Origin: an uncultured Acidobacteriota bacterium
GTDB lineage: Bacteria; Acidobacteriota; Thermoanaerobaculia; UBA5066
Direction: 5' to 3'
NCBI GenBank assembly: GCA_963779415.1
Contig: CAVZYA010000003.1
Location: 256,001-320,000 of the forward strand
DNA length: 64,000 bases
Shown: positions 44,571-54,537 of the stretch, piece by piece
Numbering within the stretch: the stretch's first letter is position 1
How the letters are laid out: every line of letters begins with the position of its first letter
The notes under the pieces: model-generated
Told to the model about the DNA's origin: nothing
What the model saw: the letters and a program-made list of their open reading frames with translations, nothing else
The model's database searches: none
Translations under genes and position numbers: made by a program

Positions 44571-45330
44571 GTTAGGCAGCCTGTCATGAAACGGATGGTC
44601 GTTCCTGTCATAGCCGCCGCTGCCGTGTCGCTGTCTGTTCTTGGCCTCGGAGCGACAAGGTCCGGGTTTTCCTTGCCGCCGTGGCTGCGTTCTACAGCCG
44701 AACCGGAGGTCCTCGCTGTTCACCTGTGGAACCTACCGAAGGAGTCCTTTCTATTTTGGATCGAATCGCCCCTCAAAGGCTGCGGAGACCAGGGTGGGCC
44801 CTGCCACTACCGTCTCTACGCAGCCTCCCGGCTTTCCGGGAAGACCCGGCTCATCATGCAGACAGACCCTCTCAAGTCCAAAGTTACACTTAACACCCTA
44901 TCGATTCGCCACGTCTATAGCCCACCGAAGTTCCCCGGGTTTCTGGAAGTACGTGGTGCGTCTGGCGCCGTGGGCGTATCACTCCACTTAATTGAGGCAG
45001 AGTGGTCCGCTCCGCTCGGAACATATAGTTTCAAGGTTGTCTTTGACGACGGAAGGCGGGCGTTCTTCTTCCGACATTCCGATGATGACTTCGTGGACGA
45101 GCTCATCGCTGTAGATCGGTGGGAATGGCAGCCCGGCCACTTCGACGTGAGCATTGGTATTCCAAGCGCGTATGAAGTATTTCGTTATCAGAAGGGCTCA
45201 TTTGTTCGCACAGCTAGCTACACAGTCTGGCCACCCCCACGGCCCCCAGGAAAATAGGGCTGCCTAACCACGTATCTGGACTCCTCCTGTTGGTCAAGCG
45301 AGGGTGGTGTCTGATCTTCTCCTCTTAAGC
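44571..45330 (+). mobile_element. Integron-type gene cassette, no integrase nearby
   Basis: GTTAGGCAGCC just before the ATG and its exact reverse complement GGCTGCCTAAC just after the stop; low-GC ORF. Confidence 0.65.
44586..45257 (+). CDS. Exported hypothetical protein (cassette cargo)
   Basis: Signal peptide MKRMVVPVIAAAAV; AT-richer codons than the host. Confidence 0.65.
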   Translation: MKRMVVPVIAAAAVSLSVLGLGATRSGFSLPPWLRSTAEPEVLAVHLWNLPKESFLFWIESPLKGCGDQGGPCHYRLYAASRLSGKTRLIMQTDPLKSKVTLNTLSIRHVYSPPKFPGFLEVRGASGAVGVSLHLIEAEWSAPLGTYSFKVVFDDGRRAFFFRHSDDDFVDELIAVDRWEWQPGHFDVSIGIPSAYEVFRYQKGSFVRTASYTVWPPPRPPGK

Positions 45331-45631
45331 AAGGCGACGTTTCGATGCGCGAGGTGCTTGCCGCGTCCGAACGAGCCGGGGGGGATGAGCGGTGGGGTCG
45401 CGACGGCACACGTATCTTCGGCCTCTCGAGGTGGAGCCAGCGTGGGCTCCGGGCCAGGATGAAATCCGCACACGGGGAGCCAATCGTTGGCACAACGGCC
45501 TCTTGGGGCCAGCGGGGTTATCGGCTTTCCCCCGTGTCGGTCGGACCGAGCTCATCTCTCGTTTCTCTTCGCGTTCGTCGGCGGGAAGGCTTTCTTTTAG
45601 ACTCCTTTCGCCGTTCGTCTCTTTAGGCCGG

Positions 45632-45861
45632 GGTGATTGGGGTCAGGTCTCAGTTTTCTATTATAGAAGCCTCGGGGACAGCGGCCACGGGCAGGACGGG
45701 GCGGCCCGAAGAGGGCGGCGACGGCACTCGCCCGGTCCCGGATGACGGTGATTGGGGTCAGGTCTCACTTATCTATTATAGGAGCCTCTGGGACAGCGGC
45801 CACGGGCAGGACGGGGCGGCCCGAAGAGGGCGACGATGGCACCCGCCCGGTCCCGGATGAC
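45632..45861. repeat. Tandem duplication, 2 x 115 bp
   Basis: Units start at 45632 and 45747: GGTGATTGGGGTCAGGTCTCA...TCTATTATAG...CCCGGATGAC. Confidence 0.92.
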
Positions 45862-45929
45862 GGAGATACGGACCGGGGATGATCTAGACTCGCGGCGGAA
45901 GCAGGCCTCGAGGTCGTGAAGGAACTCCG

Positions 45930-46283
45930 ATGACGCGTCGGGAGCTGAAAGAGGCGGCGACCGAAGAGGGGCGGGCGGTGCTGGTCCCCGGCATGAAGGA
46001 GCCCGCCCTGCGCGGAGGCGGCGACATCGATTACACCTGTCCGGGCTGCGGGTCGGTACTGGCCGAGCAGGTCGGCGAGGGGCGCATCTGGGATCTCGTC
46101 ATCGAGTGCGGGAGCTGCGGGACGCTCGCCGAGTTCCCGAAGCTGGCCGAAGGGAGCCACGCGGACGGCTACGTCTTCTTTCCCGCGGGGCGTTTCCCGA
46201 TCACCCGGTCCGTCGACACCCGGGGCGCGCTCCTCGTCGGAGTCGGCGCCATCCGCGGCCGCTCGGCACCGTATCTCCACTGA
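45930..46283 (+). CDS. Small zinc-ribbon protein
   Basis: CPGC and CGSC pairs; AAGGA SD. Confidence 0.55.
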   Translation: MTRRELKEAATEEGRAVLVPGMKEPALRGGGDIDYTCPGCGSVLAEQVGEGRIWDLVIECGSCGTLAEFPKLAEGSHADGYVFFPAGRFPITRSVDTRGALLVGVGAIRGRSAPYLH

Positions 46284-46342
46284 ACACCCCTCAGCTGGAC
46301 TATGCTCGGAGGACTCGAAAAGAGAACTTTGAGGAGGTTCCG

Positions 46343-46903
46343 ATGGTTCCGGTGACGTCGCTGTGGCTCCCGATCGTCCTTTCGGCGGTGATTGTGTTTG
46401 TCGCCAGCTCGATCATCCACATGGTCCTTCCGTTCCACAAAGGCGACTACAAGAAGCTCCCGAACGAGGAGGGCGTGATGGACGCTCTCCGGGCGTTCAA
46501 GCTGGGGGCGGGGGACTATGTCTTCCCGTGCGTCGGGAGCCCGAAGGAGATGAAGGAACCGGCCTTTCTCGAGAAGAGAACCCGGGGGCCCGTCGGCATG
46601 ATGACGATCATCGAGAGCGGCCCCGTCTCCATGGGGCCGAGCCTCGCCCAGTGGTTCCTCTACTGCCTCGTGGTCGGCGTCTTCGCCGCGTACATCTCGG
46701 GGCGCGCCCTCGGGCCGGGCGCGCATTACCTGAAGGTATTCCGTTTCGCGGGCGCGACCGCCTTCATCGGCTACTCGCTCGCCCTCTGGCAGAACACGAT
46801 CTGGTACAAGCGCGCCTCCCTGACGACGCTCAAGTCGAACGTGGACGGACTCGTCTACGGGCTCCTGACGGCCGGGACCTTCGGCTGGCTCTGGCCCCGC
46901 TGA
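46343..46903 (+). CDS. Hypothetical membrane protein
   Basis: SD GAGGAGG; four TM segments. Confidence 0.75.
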   Translation: MVPVTSLWLPIVLSAVIVFVASSIIHMVLPFHKGDYKKLPNEEGVMDALRAFKLGAGDYVFPCVGSPKEMKEPAFLEKRTRGPVGMMTIIESGPVSMGPSLAQWFLYCLVVGVFAAYISGRALGPGAHYLKVFRFAGATAFIGYSLALWQNTIWYKRASLTTLKSNVDGLVYGLLTAGTFGWLWPR

Positions 46904-46940
46904 GCCCGCGCGCCGCGACGGAAGGTCCGCACTCCCGCGC

Positions 46941-47609
46941 ATGCCGTTCCCGGCGTCCCTCGTCGCGCTGAGCGCCGCGGCGGCCGTATCGGCCGCCCTC
47001 GCCGTGCGCGGGCACTACGATGGGCCACGCCGGACCCTCGTCTACGTCTTCAAGCCGTTGACGACGATCCTGATCCTCACGATTGCACTTCGGCCGTCGA
47101 GCGGCGCCCCGGGTCGTTACGCCGGCGGCGTCGCGCTCGGGCTCGTCTTTTCCCTCGCCGGCGACGTCTTCCTCATGCTCCCCCGGGACCGTTTCCGCGA
47201 AGGGCTCGCGAGCTTCCTCGCCGCGCACGTCTGTTACATCGTCGCCTTCACGTCGGGGATCGCGCTCTTCACCGGGCCCGCGGCGGCGGCCGCCTTCGGC
47301 GCGCTCGGTCTCGTTCTCCTCCGTCTCCTCTGGCCGGGCATTCCGCGCCGCCTTCGCCTTCCCGTCGTCCTCTACGTCGCGGTGATCCTGACGATGGCGT
47401 TCCAGGCGACGGGCCGCGCCCTGCAGATTCACGACGCGTCGTCGCACCTTGCCGCTACGGGAGCCGCCCTCTTCGTCGTTTCCGACGCTCTTCTCTCATG
47501 GGACCGGTTCCGGGTCCCGTTCCGTTCCTCGCGGGCCGCCGTCCTCTCGACCTATTTCCTCGCCCAGTGGCTGATCGCCCTCTCCGTTCCGGCCGCAGCG
47601 TCGCCCTGA
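46941..47609 (+). CDS. YhhN-like lysoplasmalogenase family protein
   Basis: FKPL, SLAGDVFL, FLAAH, FVVSD, TYFLAQ. Confidence 0.88.
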   Translation: MPFPASLVALSAAAAVSAALAVRGHYDGPRRTLVYVFKPLTTILILTIALRPSSGAPGRYAGGVALGLVFSLAGDVFLMLPRDRFREGLASFLAAHVCYIVAFTSGIALFTGPAAAAAFGALGLVLLRLLWPGIPRRLRLPVVLYVAVILTMAFQATGRALQIHDASSHLAATGAALFVVSDALLSWDRFRVPFRSSRAAVLSTYFLAQWLIALSVPAAASP

Positions 47610-47683
47610 GCGGCCCCCCTCGCGGGAGAGACGCCCGGGCCGCGCCGCGCTATCGTCCGGAGAGCAAAGAGGAGGATCGCTCC

Positions 47684-47956
47684 GTGGCCTTCGACTCCGG
47701 CGACTCCGAGTCACCCAGCCCCTTCAGCCGGCAACAGCTCGTCGCCGGGGCGCTCTCCGCCGGCCTCGTCTCCTCGGCATGGCCGGTGCTCGATGACGCC
47801 CCGCCGGCCGGCGACGTCCCGTTCGAGCTTTCCGAGGCGACGACGGCGGGGTCGCTCGCGCTCGTGGGAGCCCGTCCCCCGGCCGACGCGTTCCTCGTCC
47901 GGCGGCTTCGCGAGGCGGGCGCCGGCCTCCGCGTTTCCTTCCGACCGCCGACCTGA
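47684..47956 (+). pseudogene. Internally deleted, truncated amidase remnant
   Basis: SD GAGGAGG; FELSEAT joined directly to TAGSLAL...DAFLVRRLREAGA, then stop. Confidence 0.6.
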
Positions 47957-47977
47957 GCCTCTGAAGGAGTGACACCA

Positions 47978-48487
47978 ATGAGCCTGATACCCCCCGAGAC
48001 GTTCCGCCGCTTCTTCGAATACGAGAAGGACGCCCACGCGAAGACGCTCGTCTCGCTCTCCGCCGTCCCCCCGGAGAAGCGCGCGGCGCCGGAGTTCCAG
48101 AAGGCCGTCGAACTGATGGCTCACATCGTCGGGGCGCGGTGGTTCTGGTTCCAGCGAATCGGCGCCACGACGGAGAGGCCCCTGAAGATGTTCGTCAAGA
48201 ACTTCCCCGTCGCCGACCTTCCCGCACGCGTTTCGGAGATGGAGGCGGCCTGGAGCCGCTACCTCGACGGGCTGACCGAGGCCGAGCTTTTTCGCGCCGT
48301 CGAATGGGGACCGGCGGACGGCCCGCGATTCACGAACACGGTGGAAGAGGTTCTGACCCAGACCTTCGGCCACTCGATCTACCACCGCGGCCAGATCGCC
48401 CTCCTCCTCCGGCAGATCGGGTGCGAACCGGCGGCAACGGAGTTCGTCTACTTCACGCGGAAGCCCGCCGCCCCCCTTCCGCGCTGA
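47978..48487 (+). CDS. DinB/YfiT family metal-binding protein
   Basis: MAHI, HSIYHRGQIA; SD AAGGAG. Confidence 0.82.
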   Translation: MSLIPPETFRRFFEYEKDAHAKTLVSLSAVPPEKRAAPEFQKAVELMAHIVGARWFWFQRIGATTERPLKMFVKNFPVADLPARVSEMEAAWSRYLDGLTEAELFRAVEWGPADGPRFTNTVEEVLTQTFGHSIYHRGQIALLLRQIGCEPAATEFVYFTRKPAAPLPR

Positions 48488-48520
48488 CGGGGACGCCGCG
48501 CACTGCTATCGTTGGCGGCG

Positions 48521-48886
48521 ATGACCCATCCCGTACCGACCCGTCGGATCCTCCAGTGGCTTCTGCCGTCCGCGCTCTCGGTCGTTCTGCTTCTCCTGCT
48601 CCCGGAGCCCTGGTGGCCGCTCGCCTTCGTTCCGGCCCTCGCCGGAATGCTGCTCAAGAGCCGCAAGGACGATCTCCGTCGGCCGCTCTCGCCGGGATTC
48701 GTCCTCGCCCAGATGAGCCCGATTCTGGTCCTGAGCGCCCTCACGCTCCTCTTCTACGCCATCCCGTCGCTCCGCGACCACCTGCCCGCCGACTGGATCG
48801 TCCGGCTCGTTCTCTTCCTCGGCTGGATGCTCTCGGCTTACAACCTCTGGCGCCGTTCCCTGCGAGCCCGCCCCGGGACGGTCTGA
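48521..48886 (+). CDS. Small hypothetical membrane protein
   Basis: Four hydrophobic segments; TGn-TATCGT upstream. Confidence 0.55.
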   Translation: MTHPVPTRRILQWLLPSALSVVLLLLLPEPWWPLAFVPALAGMLLKSRKDDLRRPLSPGFVLAQMSPILVLSALTLLFYAIPSLRDHLPADWIVRLVLFLGWMLSAYNLWRRSLRARPGTV

Positions 48887-48940
48887 GCCGCCCGGGAACG
48901 CGGCGGCGTCCGCCCGGCCGACGCCCCCCGCGGTGCGCCG

Positions 48941-49870
48941 TCAGTAGAGCTCGACGCCGGTCAAGGCGGACGTGATCCGGGTGCCGGCTTCGCCGCGGAC
49001 GATGCGGCCGACGTCTGCGAGGGAGCCAATCGCGGCATCCTTCCCCGTGGCGACGGCGAACTCGATCGCCGACTCGACTTTCGGCCCCATCGAGCCCGCG
49101 GCGAATCGAAGGCCCCGGAGCGCTTCGGGCGAGGCCCGCCGGATCGCGCGCCGCTCCGGCGTTCCCCAGTCGAGATAGACGGCGTCGGCGTCCGTCGCCA
49201 TGACGAAGAGGTCGCAGTCGAGCTCGCGTGCCATGAGAGCGCCCGCGCGGTCCTTGTCGACGACCGCCTCGACGCCGTGGAGCTTGCCGTCGGGGCCGTA
49301 CATCGTCGGGATCCCCCCGCCGCCGGCGCAGATGACGATGCACCCCTTCTCGAGGAGCCACCGGACCGGGCGGATCTGGAAGATCCGCTTCGGCTTCGGC
49401 GAGGGAACGACGCGACGGAAGCCCGCCCCGTCCGGGGCCATCGACCACCCCTTCTCGGCCTCGAGTCGGACGGCATCCTCGCTGGAGTAGACGGGGCCGA
49501 TCGGCTTATCGGGGCTCTTCCAGGCCGGGTCGTCGGGGTCGACCTCGGTCATGGAAAGGAGCGTCGCGAAGGGCTGCTCGAACGGGAGGATGTTCCCGAG
49601 CTCCTGCTCGATCATGTAGCCGATCATCCCTTCGGTCTCCGCTCCGAGAACGTCGAGGGGATAGATCTCGGACTTCGAGTAGGCGGCCCCCTGCAGGGCG
49701 AGAAGCCCCACCTGCGGTCCGTTCCCGTGGCTCACGATGAGCTGGTGCTCGCGCCCGAGGGGTGCGAGGGTCTCGGCGGCGATCTTGACGTTCTTTCGCT
49801 GGTTCTCGGCCGTCAGCGGCTCCCCGCGCCTGAGGAGAGCATTGCCGCCCAGGGCCACCAGGATGCGCAT
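48941..49870 (-). CDS. arcC: Carbamate kinase
   Basis: [33 protein letters not shown]. Confidence 0.95.
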   Translation of the reverse strand: MRILVALGGNALLRRGEPLTAENQRKNVKIAAETLAPLGREHQLIVSHGNGPQVGLLALQGAAYSKSEIYPLDVLGAETEGMIGYMIEQELGNILPFEQPFATLLSMTEVDPDDPAWKSPDKPIGPVYSSEDAVRLEAEKGWSMAPDGAGFRRVVPSPKPKRIFQIRPVRWLLEKGCIVICAGGGGIPTMYGPDGKLHGVEAVVDKDRAGALMARELDCDLFVMATDADAVYLDWGTPERRAIRRASPEALRGLRFAAGSMGPKVESAIEFAVATGKDAAIGSLADVGRIVRGEAGTRITSALTGVELY

Positions 49871-50868
49871 CACGCCAGCGTGGCGACGAGGAGCGCCTTG
49901 ATCGTGTGCATCCGGTTCTCGGCCTGGTCGAAGACGACCGAAGCCGGCGACTCGAAGACATCGTCCGTCACCTCGAGGCCGTCGAGGTCGAACGTGCGGA
50001 AGAGCTCCTCCCCCTTGGTCGTCTCCCGGTTGTGGAAGGCCGGGAGGCAGTGGAGGAACTTCGCGTCCGGATTTCCCGTCGCCTTCATCAGCTTTGCGTT
50101 CACCTGGTACTTCTTCAGGATCGAGATCCGCTCGGCCCACTTCCCGGCGGGCTCGCCCAGCGAGACCCAGACGTCGGTGTAGACGAAGTCGCACCCCTTG
50201 ACGCCCTTCTTCGGCTCGTCGGTGATGGTGATCGCGGCCCCCGAGAGCGCGGCGAGCGCCTTCGCCCTCTCAACGACCCTCTCGTCCGGCGAGAGGGCCT
50301 TCGGCCCGACGAGCCTCACGTCCATTCCCATCAGCGCTCCGGAAAGGAGGAGCGAGTGCGCCACGTTGTTCCGGGCATCGCCGAGAAACGCGAACGAGAG
50401 GTCCTTGAGCGGCGCTCCGGCGTGCTCTTCCATCGTCAGGAGATCCGCGAGAATCTGTGTCGGGTGGGACTCGTCCGTCAGTCCGTTGTAGACCGGGACC
50501 CCGGCGTGCTTCGCGAGGATCTCGATGCTCTCCTGCGAGAAGCCCCGGTACTCGATGGCGTCGTACATCCGGCCGAGGACGCGGGCGGTGTCCTTCATCG
50601 ACTCCTTGTGGCCGATCTGCGAACCCGAAGGGTCCAGGGTGGTCACGCCCATCCCCTGGTCGCGAGCCGCCACCTCGAAGGCGCAGCGGGTCCGGGTCGA
50701 GGTCTTCTCGAAAACGATGCAGAGGTTCTTCCCCGAGAGGCGGGGGGTCTCGAGCCCGGCGCGCTTGGCGCGCTTCAGGTCGCGGGCGAGGTCGAGCAGG
50801 AAGCGGAACTCGGCGGCCGAAAGGTCGGTCACGTCGAGAAGGCTGCGATTTCTCAGGTTCACGGGCAT
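49870..50868 (-). CDS. argF: Ornithine carbamoyltransferase (probably catabolic)
   Basis: STRTR, HPTQ, TDVWVS, HCLP, QAENR; SD AAGGAG. Confidence 0.93.
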   Translation of the reverse strand: MPVNLRNRSLLDVTDLSAAEFRFLLDLARDLKRAKRAGLETPRLSGKNLCIVFEKTSTRTRCAFEVAARDQGMGVTTLDPSGSQIGHKESMKDTARVLGRMYDAIEYRGFSQESIEILAKHAGVPVYNGLTDESHPTQILADLLTMEEHAGAPLKDLSFAFLGDARNNVAHSLLLSGALMGMDVRLVGPKALSPDERVVERAKALAALSGAAITITDEPKKGVKGCDFVYTDVWVSLGEPAGKWAERISILKKYQVNAKLMKATGNPDAKFLHCLPAFHNRETTKGEELFRTFDLDGLEVTDDVFESPASVVFDQAENRMHTIKALLVATLA

Positions 50869-51005
50869 CTCGGTCTCCTTGAAGAGTCGAAGCGCCCCCA
50901 TTCTGCCCCGGTTGGCGCCGGACGGCGACCGGCCGCGGCGCGCAGCGACGAGACGCCGCGCCGGGGGACCCCCGGCGCCTATACTCTCCCCCCCGAGACC
51001 GGAAG

Positions 51006-51440
51006 ATGAGCCCCCTTCCCTCCGCCTATCCCGTCGAGGTGCCGCGCAGCGTCCGCGTCCTCGTGGCCGCCACGCTCGTCCTCCTCTCGGCCGTGGGGCT
51101 CGTCCTTCTCGTCATCTCGCTCGCGAGCCCGACGTCGCCGGCATGGCTCCTCGTCTTCGCCGTTCTCTGGCTCGTCGCCGTGGTGCTCCTTGCGGTACAG
51201 GTTCTCGCCTTCCCGACCCGGCTCGAGCTGGGGACCGACGGCGTGATCCGGTTCGTCTGCCCCACGCGGATCGTCGCCGTGCCGCTTTCGTCGATCCGGG
51301 CCATCCGCCCCGGCTCCTTCGGCCTCCTCGTTGTCCACGACCGGGGAACGATCCGGATCCCCGTCCGTCCAACGGGTCTCGCCGACCTCGCGACGCGCGT
51401 GAAGGCCGCGAGCACCCGCGCGGTCCTCATCGGGATCTGA
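51006..51440 (+). CDS. Hypothetical membrane protein
   Basis: Two TMs plus short beta-rich domain; TATACT upstream. Confidence 0.55.
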   Translation: MSPLPSAYPVEVPRSVRVLVAATLVLLSAVGLVLLVISLASPTSPAWLLVFAVLWLVAVVLLAVQVLAFPTRLELGTDGVIRFVCPTRIVAVPLSSIRAIRPGSFGLLVVHDRGTIRIPVRPTGLADLATRVKAASTRAVLIGI

Positions 51441-51464
51441 GCTGCCGGACGGTAGACTCGCCCC

Positions 51465-52127
51465 GTGACGATCCTCTTTTCCGTGAGAAAGCTGGCTCTC
51501 CCCGGGCCGGGGGAGGCACTCCCCGGGCGGGCCGAGCCGATGCCCATTCCCGAACGTCATTTCCTGAACGGAAATCGCCTCTCTCCACCTTTCCCGGAAG
51601 GAACCGAGCGGGCCCTCTTCGGGATGGGCTGCTTCTGGGGAGCGGAGCGGCTCTTCTGGCAGGCGCCCGGCGTTTACGCGACGGCCGTCGGATATGCGGG
51701 CGGCCAGACTCCGAATCCGACCTACCGCGAGGTCTGCACGGGAGAGACCGGGCACGCGGAAGCCGTCCTCGTCGTCTTCGATCCGGCGTCCGTCTTCTAT
51801 GCGGATCTTCTCCGCCTCTTCTGGGAGAAACACGACCCGACGCAGGGAATGCGCCAGGGAAACGACGTCGGAACCCAGTACCGTTCCGCGATCTTCACCT
51901 TCGGCGAGGTTCAGCAGCGCGCCGCCGAGGCCAGCCGAGCGGCGTACCAGGAGGTCCTGAGCGGAGCGGGCCGGGGCGCGATCACGACCGAGATCCTCGA
52001 AGCGCCAACGTTCTATTACGCCGAGGAGGAACACCAGCAGTACCTCGGAAAGAACCCCGACGGTTACTGCGGCCTCGCCGGCACGGGGCTTTCCTGCCCG
52101 GCCGGACCCGTACAATCTCCGCCATGA
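51465..52127 (+). CDS. msrA: Peptide methionine sulfoxide reductase A
   Basis: GCFWG, GHAE, HDPTQ, QYRS, HQQYL. Confidence 0.96.
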   Translation: MTILFSVRKLALPGPGEALPGRAEPMPIPERHFLNGNRLSPPFPEGTERALFGMGCFWGAERLFWQAPGVYATAVGYAGGQTPNPTYREVCTGETGHAEAVLVVFDPASVFYADLLRLFWEKHDPTQGMRQGNDVGTQYRSAIFTFGEVQQRAAEASRAAYQEVLSGAGRGAITTEILEAPTFYYAEEEHQQYLGKNPDGYCGLAGTGLSCPAGPVQSPP

Positions 52128-52744
52128 AACGTCTTCTTCTCCTCGCCGCCGCCCTCCTCGCGCTCGGTCCCTTTCCGGCGTCCGCACAGAGTTCCGACGA
52201 CCTGACGCTCTTCGAGCGCTATGCGAAGAAGACCGAGAAAAACCCTGCTCTCGGGAAGATGGCCGAAACCCCCCCTGCCGGACTCGAAAAGGCGAAGTGG
52301 ATGGCCGGGACCTGGGACGTCACGTCGCGCCGTTACGGGACGCCGACCCTTCCCGAGCGGGTCCAGAAGGGGACACGCCGGACGAACTTCGAGATGAAGG
52401 GATGGTGGCTCGCCTCGATCGACGACATCGGCGACCTGAAGGCGGCTTCCCTCATCACCGAGGACCCCTTCTCGCAAAAGTGGGTGCGCGTATTCCTGAG
52501 CAGCTGGGGAGGGGGGCTCGCGCGGCCGATGATCTCCTCGGAAGGCTGGCAGGACGGAAATATCTCCTTCGAGGGGGCGATCGTCCTCTTCGGCGAGCCC
52601 GTCGACGTCCGCCTCCGGATCTCGAGGGCCGACGAGGACCACTACTTCGAGGTCTGGGAAGAGAAACTCCCCGGAAACCGGATCGTCCCGATCTTCGAGG
52701 TTCAGGCGGTCCGGCGGAAGGCCGCGCCCGCCAGGGCGAAGTAG
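52124..52744 (+). CDS. Exported hypothetical protein (DUF1579-like)
   Basis: Signal peptide, WMAGTW beta-barrel motif. Confidence 0.6.
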   Translation: MKRLLLLAAALLALGPFPASAQSSDDLTLFERYAKKTEKNPALGKMAETPPAGLEKAKWMAGTWDVTSRRYGTPTLPERVQKGTRRTNFEMKGWWLASIDDIGDLKAASLITEDPFSQKWVRVFLSSWGGGLARPMISSEGWQDGNISFEGAIVLFGEPVDVRLRISRADEDHYFEVWEEKLPGNRIVPIFEVQAVRRKAAPARAK

Positions 52745-52771
52745 CGCGGCGGCGGACGGTCGGGCGGAGCG

Positions 52772-53353
52772 GTGTCCTCGACGACGATCCGGACAGTCGC
52801 CGGCTTCCTGGGCGGCCGCGTCCAGGTCCGGGTCGGCGACCTGACACGGGAGGACGCTGACGCGATCGTGAACGCCGCGAATCCGTCGCTCCTCGGCGGG
52901 GGGGGCGTGGACGGAGCGATTCACCGCGCCGCCGGCCCGGCTCTTCTCGAGGCGTGCCGGGAGGTCCGGCGGACCCTCCATCCGGACGGACTCCCGACCG
53001 GCGGGGCGGTCGCGACGACGGGGGGAAGCCTGAAGGCGAGGTTCGTCATCCACGTCGTCGGCCCGGTCTGGGGACAGCACGCAGGAGGCGAGCGCGAGCT
53101 GCTCGCCTCCTGCTACGAAAAGGCGCTGGCGATCGCCGCGGAGAGGAATCTCGCCTCCGTGGCGTTCCCGGCCATCTCGACCGGGATCTACGGCTTCCCC
53201 CGCGAGGAGGCCGCGAAGGTGGCGTCCCGCGCCATCGCCGGGTCCCTCGCGCGGAGCGACTTCCCCCGCGAAGTCCGGCTCGTCTTCTTCTCCGAGGAGG
53301 ACGCCATGGTCTTCCTCGGGCACCATGTGTTCAGGACGGACGGCGGAGGATGA
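52772..53353 (+). CDS. Macrodomain O-acetyl-ADP-ribose deacetylase (YmdB-like)
   Basis: GDLT, IVNAAN, GGGGVDGAIH, PAISTGIYG. Confidence 0.92.
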   Translation: MSSTTIRTVAGFLGGRVQVRVGDLTREDADAIVNAANPSLLGGGGVDGAIHRAAGPALLEACREVRRTLHPDGLPTGGAVATTGGSLKARFVIHVVGPVWGQHAGGERELLASCYEKALAIAAERNLASVAFPAISTGIYGFPREEAAKVASRAIAGSLARSDFPREVRLVFFSEEDAMVFLGHHVFRTDGGG

Positions 53354-53955
53354 CGTCGCGCAAACTCCTCCGCTGCGGCTGGGCGCGGACGGAGCTGTCG
53401 ATCGACTACCACGACGCCGAGTGGGGCGTGCCCGAGCACGACGACCGCGTCCTCTTCGAGTTCCTGACCCTCGAGGGGGCGCAGGCGGGACTCTCCTGGG
53501 AGACGATCCTGAGGAAGCGTCCGCGCTACCGCGAGGTCTACGACGGATTCGATCCGGCAACGGTCGCGCGCTACGGCGCGAGAAAGCAGGCGGCCGTTCT
53601 CTCCGACCCCGGCATCGTCCGGAACCGCCTGAAGGTCGCTGCGGCCGTCACGAACGCGAAGGCGTTTCTGAAGGTGCAGGAAGAGTTCGGCAGCTTCGAT
53701 GCGTTCCTCTGGAGCTTTGTCGGCGGGAAGCCGAAGGTGAACCGCTGGAAAGCGCTTCGGCAGATCCCCGCCAGGACCCCCGAGTCCGACGCGCTTTCCA
53801 GGGATCTTCGGAGGCGCGGTTTCACCTTCGTCGGGTCGACCATCGTCTACGCCTTCATGCAGGCGGTCGGACTCGTCAACGACCACGTATCGGAGTGCTT
53901 CCGCTGGCCGCTGGTCAGCCGGCTGGAGGCTCCTCCGACTGAAAGTGGCTCGTGA
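53350..53955 (+). CDS. tag: DNA-3-methyladenine glycosylase I
   Basis: RCGW, YHDAEWG, LEGAQAGLSW, NDH...C. Confidence 0.95.
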   Translation: MTSRKLLRCGWARTELSIDYHDAEWGVPEHDDRVLFEFLTLEGAQAGLSWETILRKRPRYREVYDGFDPATVARYGARKQAAVLSDPGIVRNRLKVAAAVTNAKAFLKVQEEFGSFDAFLWSFVGGKPKVNRWKALRQIPARTPESDALSRDLRRRGFTFVGSTIVYAFMQAVGLVNDHVSECFRWPLVSRLEAPPTESGS

Positions 53956-54487
53956 TGTCGTCCATCCGCTCCTTGAGCGTCAGGCTCTTGTAAACCTCGA
54001 CCGTTCTGCTGACGAATCCGGCGATCTGGGCGGGCTGCATCGAGTCTCCCGCAAGTCGGCAGACCTTTCGGGCGAAGACCGACACGAGGGAGTTGCCCGT
54101 GAGAATCGGCTCCGTGAGAAACGCCTCGCATTCTGCGTATCCCAGCTCGGACTGACTCAGTCCCTCGAAGGCCTCTCTTACGATTTGCTGCCTGACGTCA
54201 TCCGGCCGACCATCGGAGAGCTCCTGGGCGAGCGGAAGGACGATCTTGGGCGCGAGCTCGCCCATGAGCCGCCTGTGGGTCTCCTCGTCCAGCGTCCCGT
54301 ACGCATTTCGATTCACGAGGTGCATGAAAAGAAAGATGTACTCCCAGACGATCCGGAGCCACTTCTCCTTTCGCTCCGCATCGGTCGGAAAGCTCATCCA
54401 CTCCTGCAGCGGCTCGGCGCACCTGAAAGTGGCTTCCTCGATTGCCGCCGCCAGAGCGGCGATGGGAGAGTCGTTCGTCTGGTCCAT
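53915..54487 (-). CDS. Hypothetical protein
   Basis: 190-aa helical ORF from MDQTND; TACGAT 6 nt before ATG. Confidence 0.6.
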   Translation of the reverse strand: MDQTNDSPIAALAAAIEEATFRCAEPLQEWMSFPTDAERKEKWLRIVWEYIFLFMHLVNRNAYGTLDEETHRRLMGELAPKIVLPLAQELSDGRPDDVRQQIVREAFEGLSQSELGYAECEAFLTEPILTGNSLVSVFARKVCRLAGDSMQPAQIAGFVSRTVEVYKSLTLKERMDDITSHFQSEEPPAG

Positions 54488-54508
54488 GGAGAGATCGTAG
54501 CCCGGCAC

Positions 54509-54537
54509 TTGACTTACGCTTAACTTACGACTAATGT
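54509..54537 (+). promoter_or_regulatory. Sigma70-type dnaE2 promoter overlapped by direct repeat
   Basis: TTGACT-N17-TAATGT; ACTTACG at 54512 and 54523. Confidence 0.7.

Noticed and set aside
45331-45630. Transposase or integrase remnant between cassette and tandem repeat
   Set aside because: No HUH, DDE or tyrosine-recombinase motif recognisable in any frame.
44458-45861. CRISPR array
   Set aside because: Only 2-3 units, no unique evenly sized spacers, no cas genes.
52772-53353. Macrodomain as DarG antitoxin
   Set aside because: Single-domain YmdB-like sequence with no darT neighbour.
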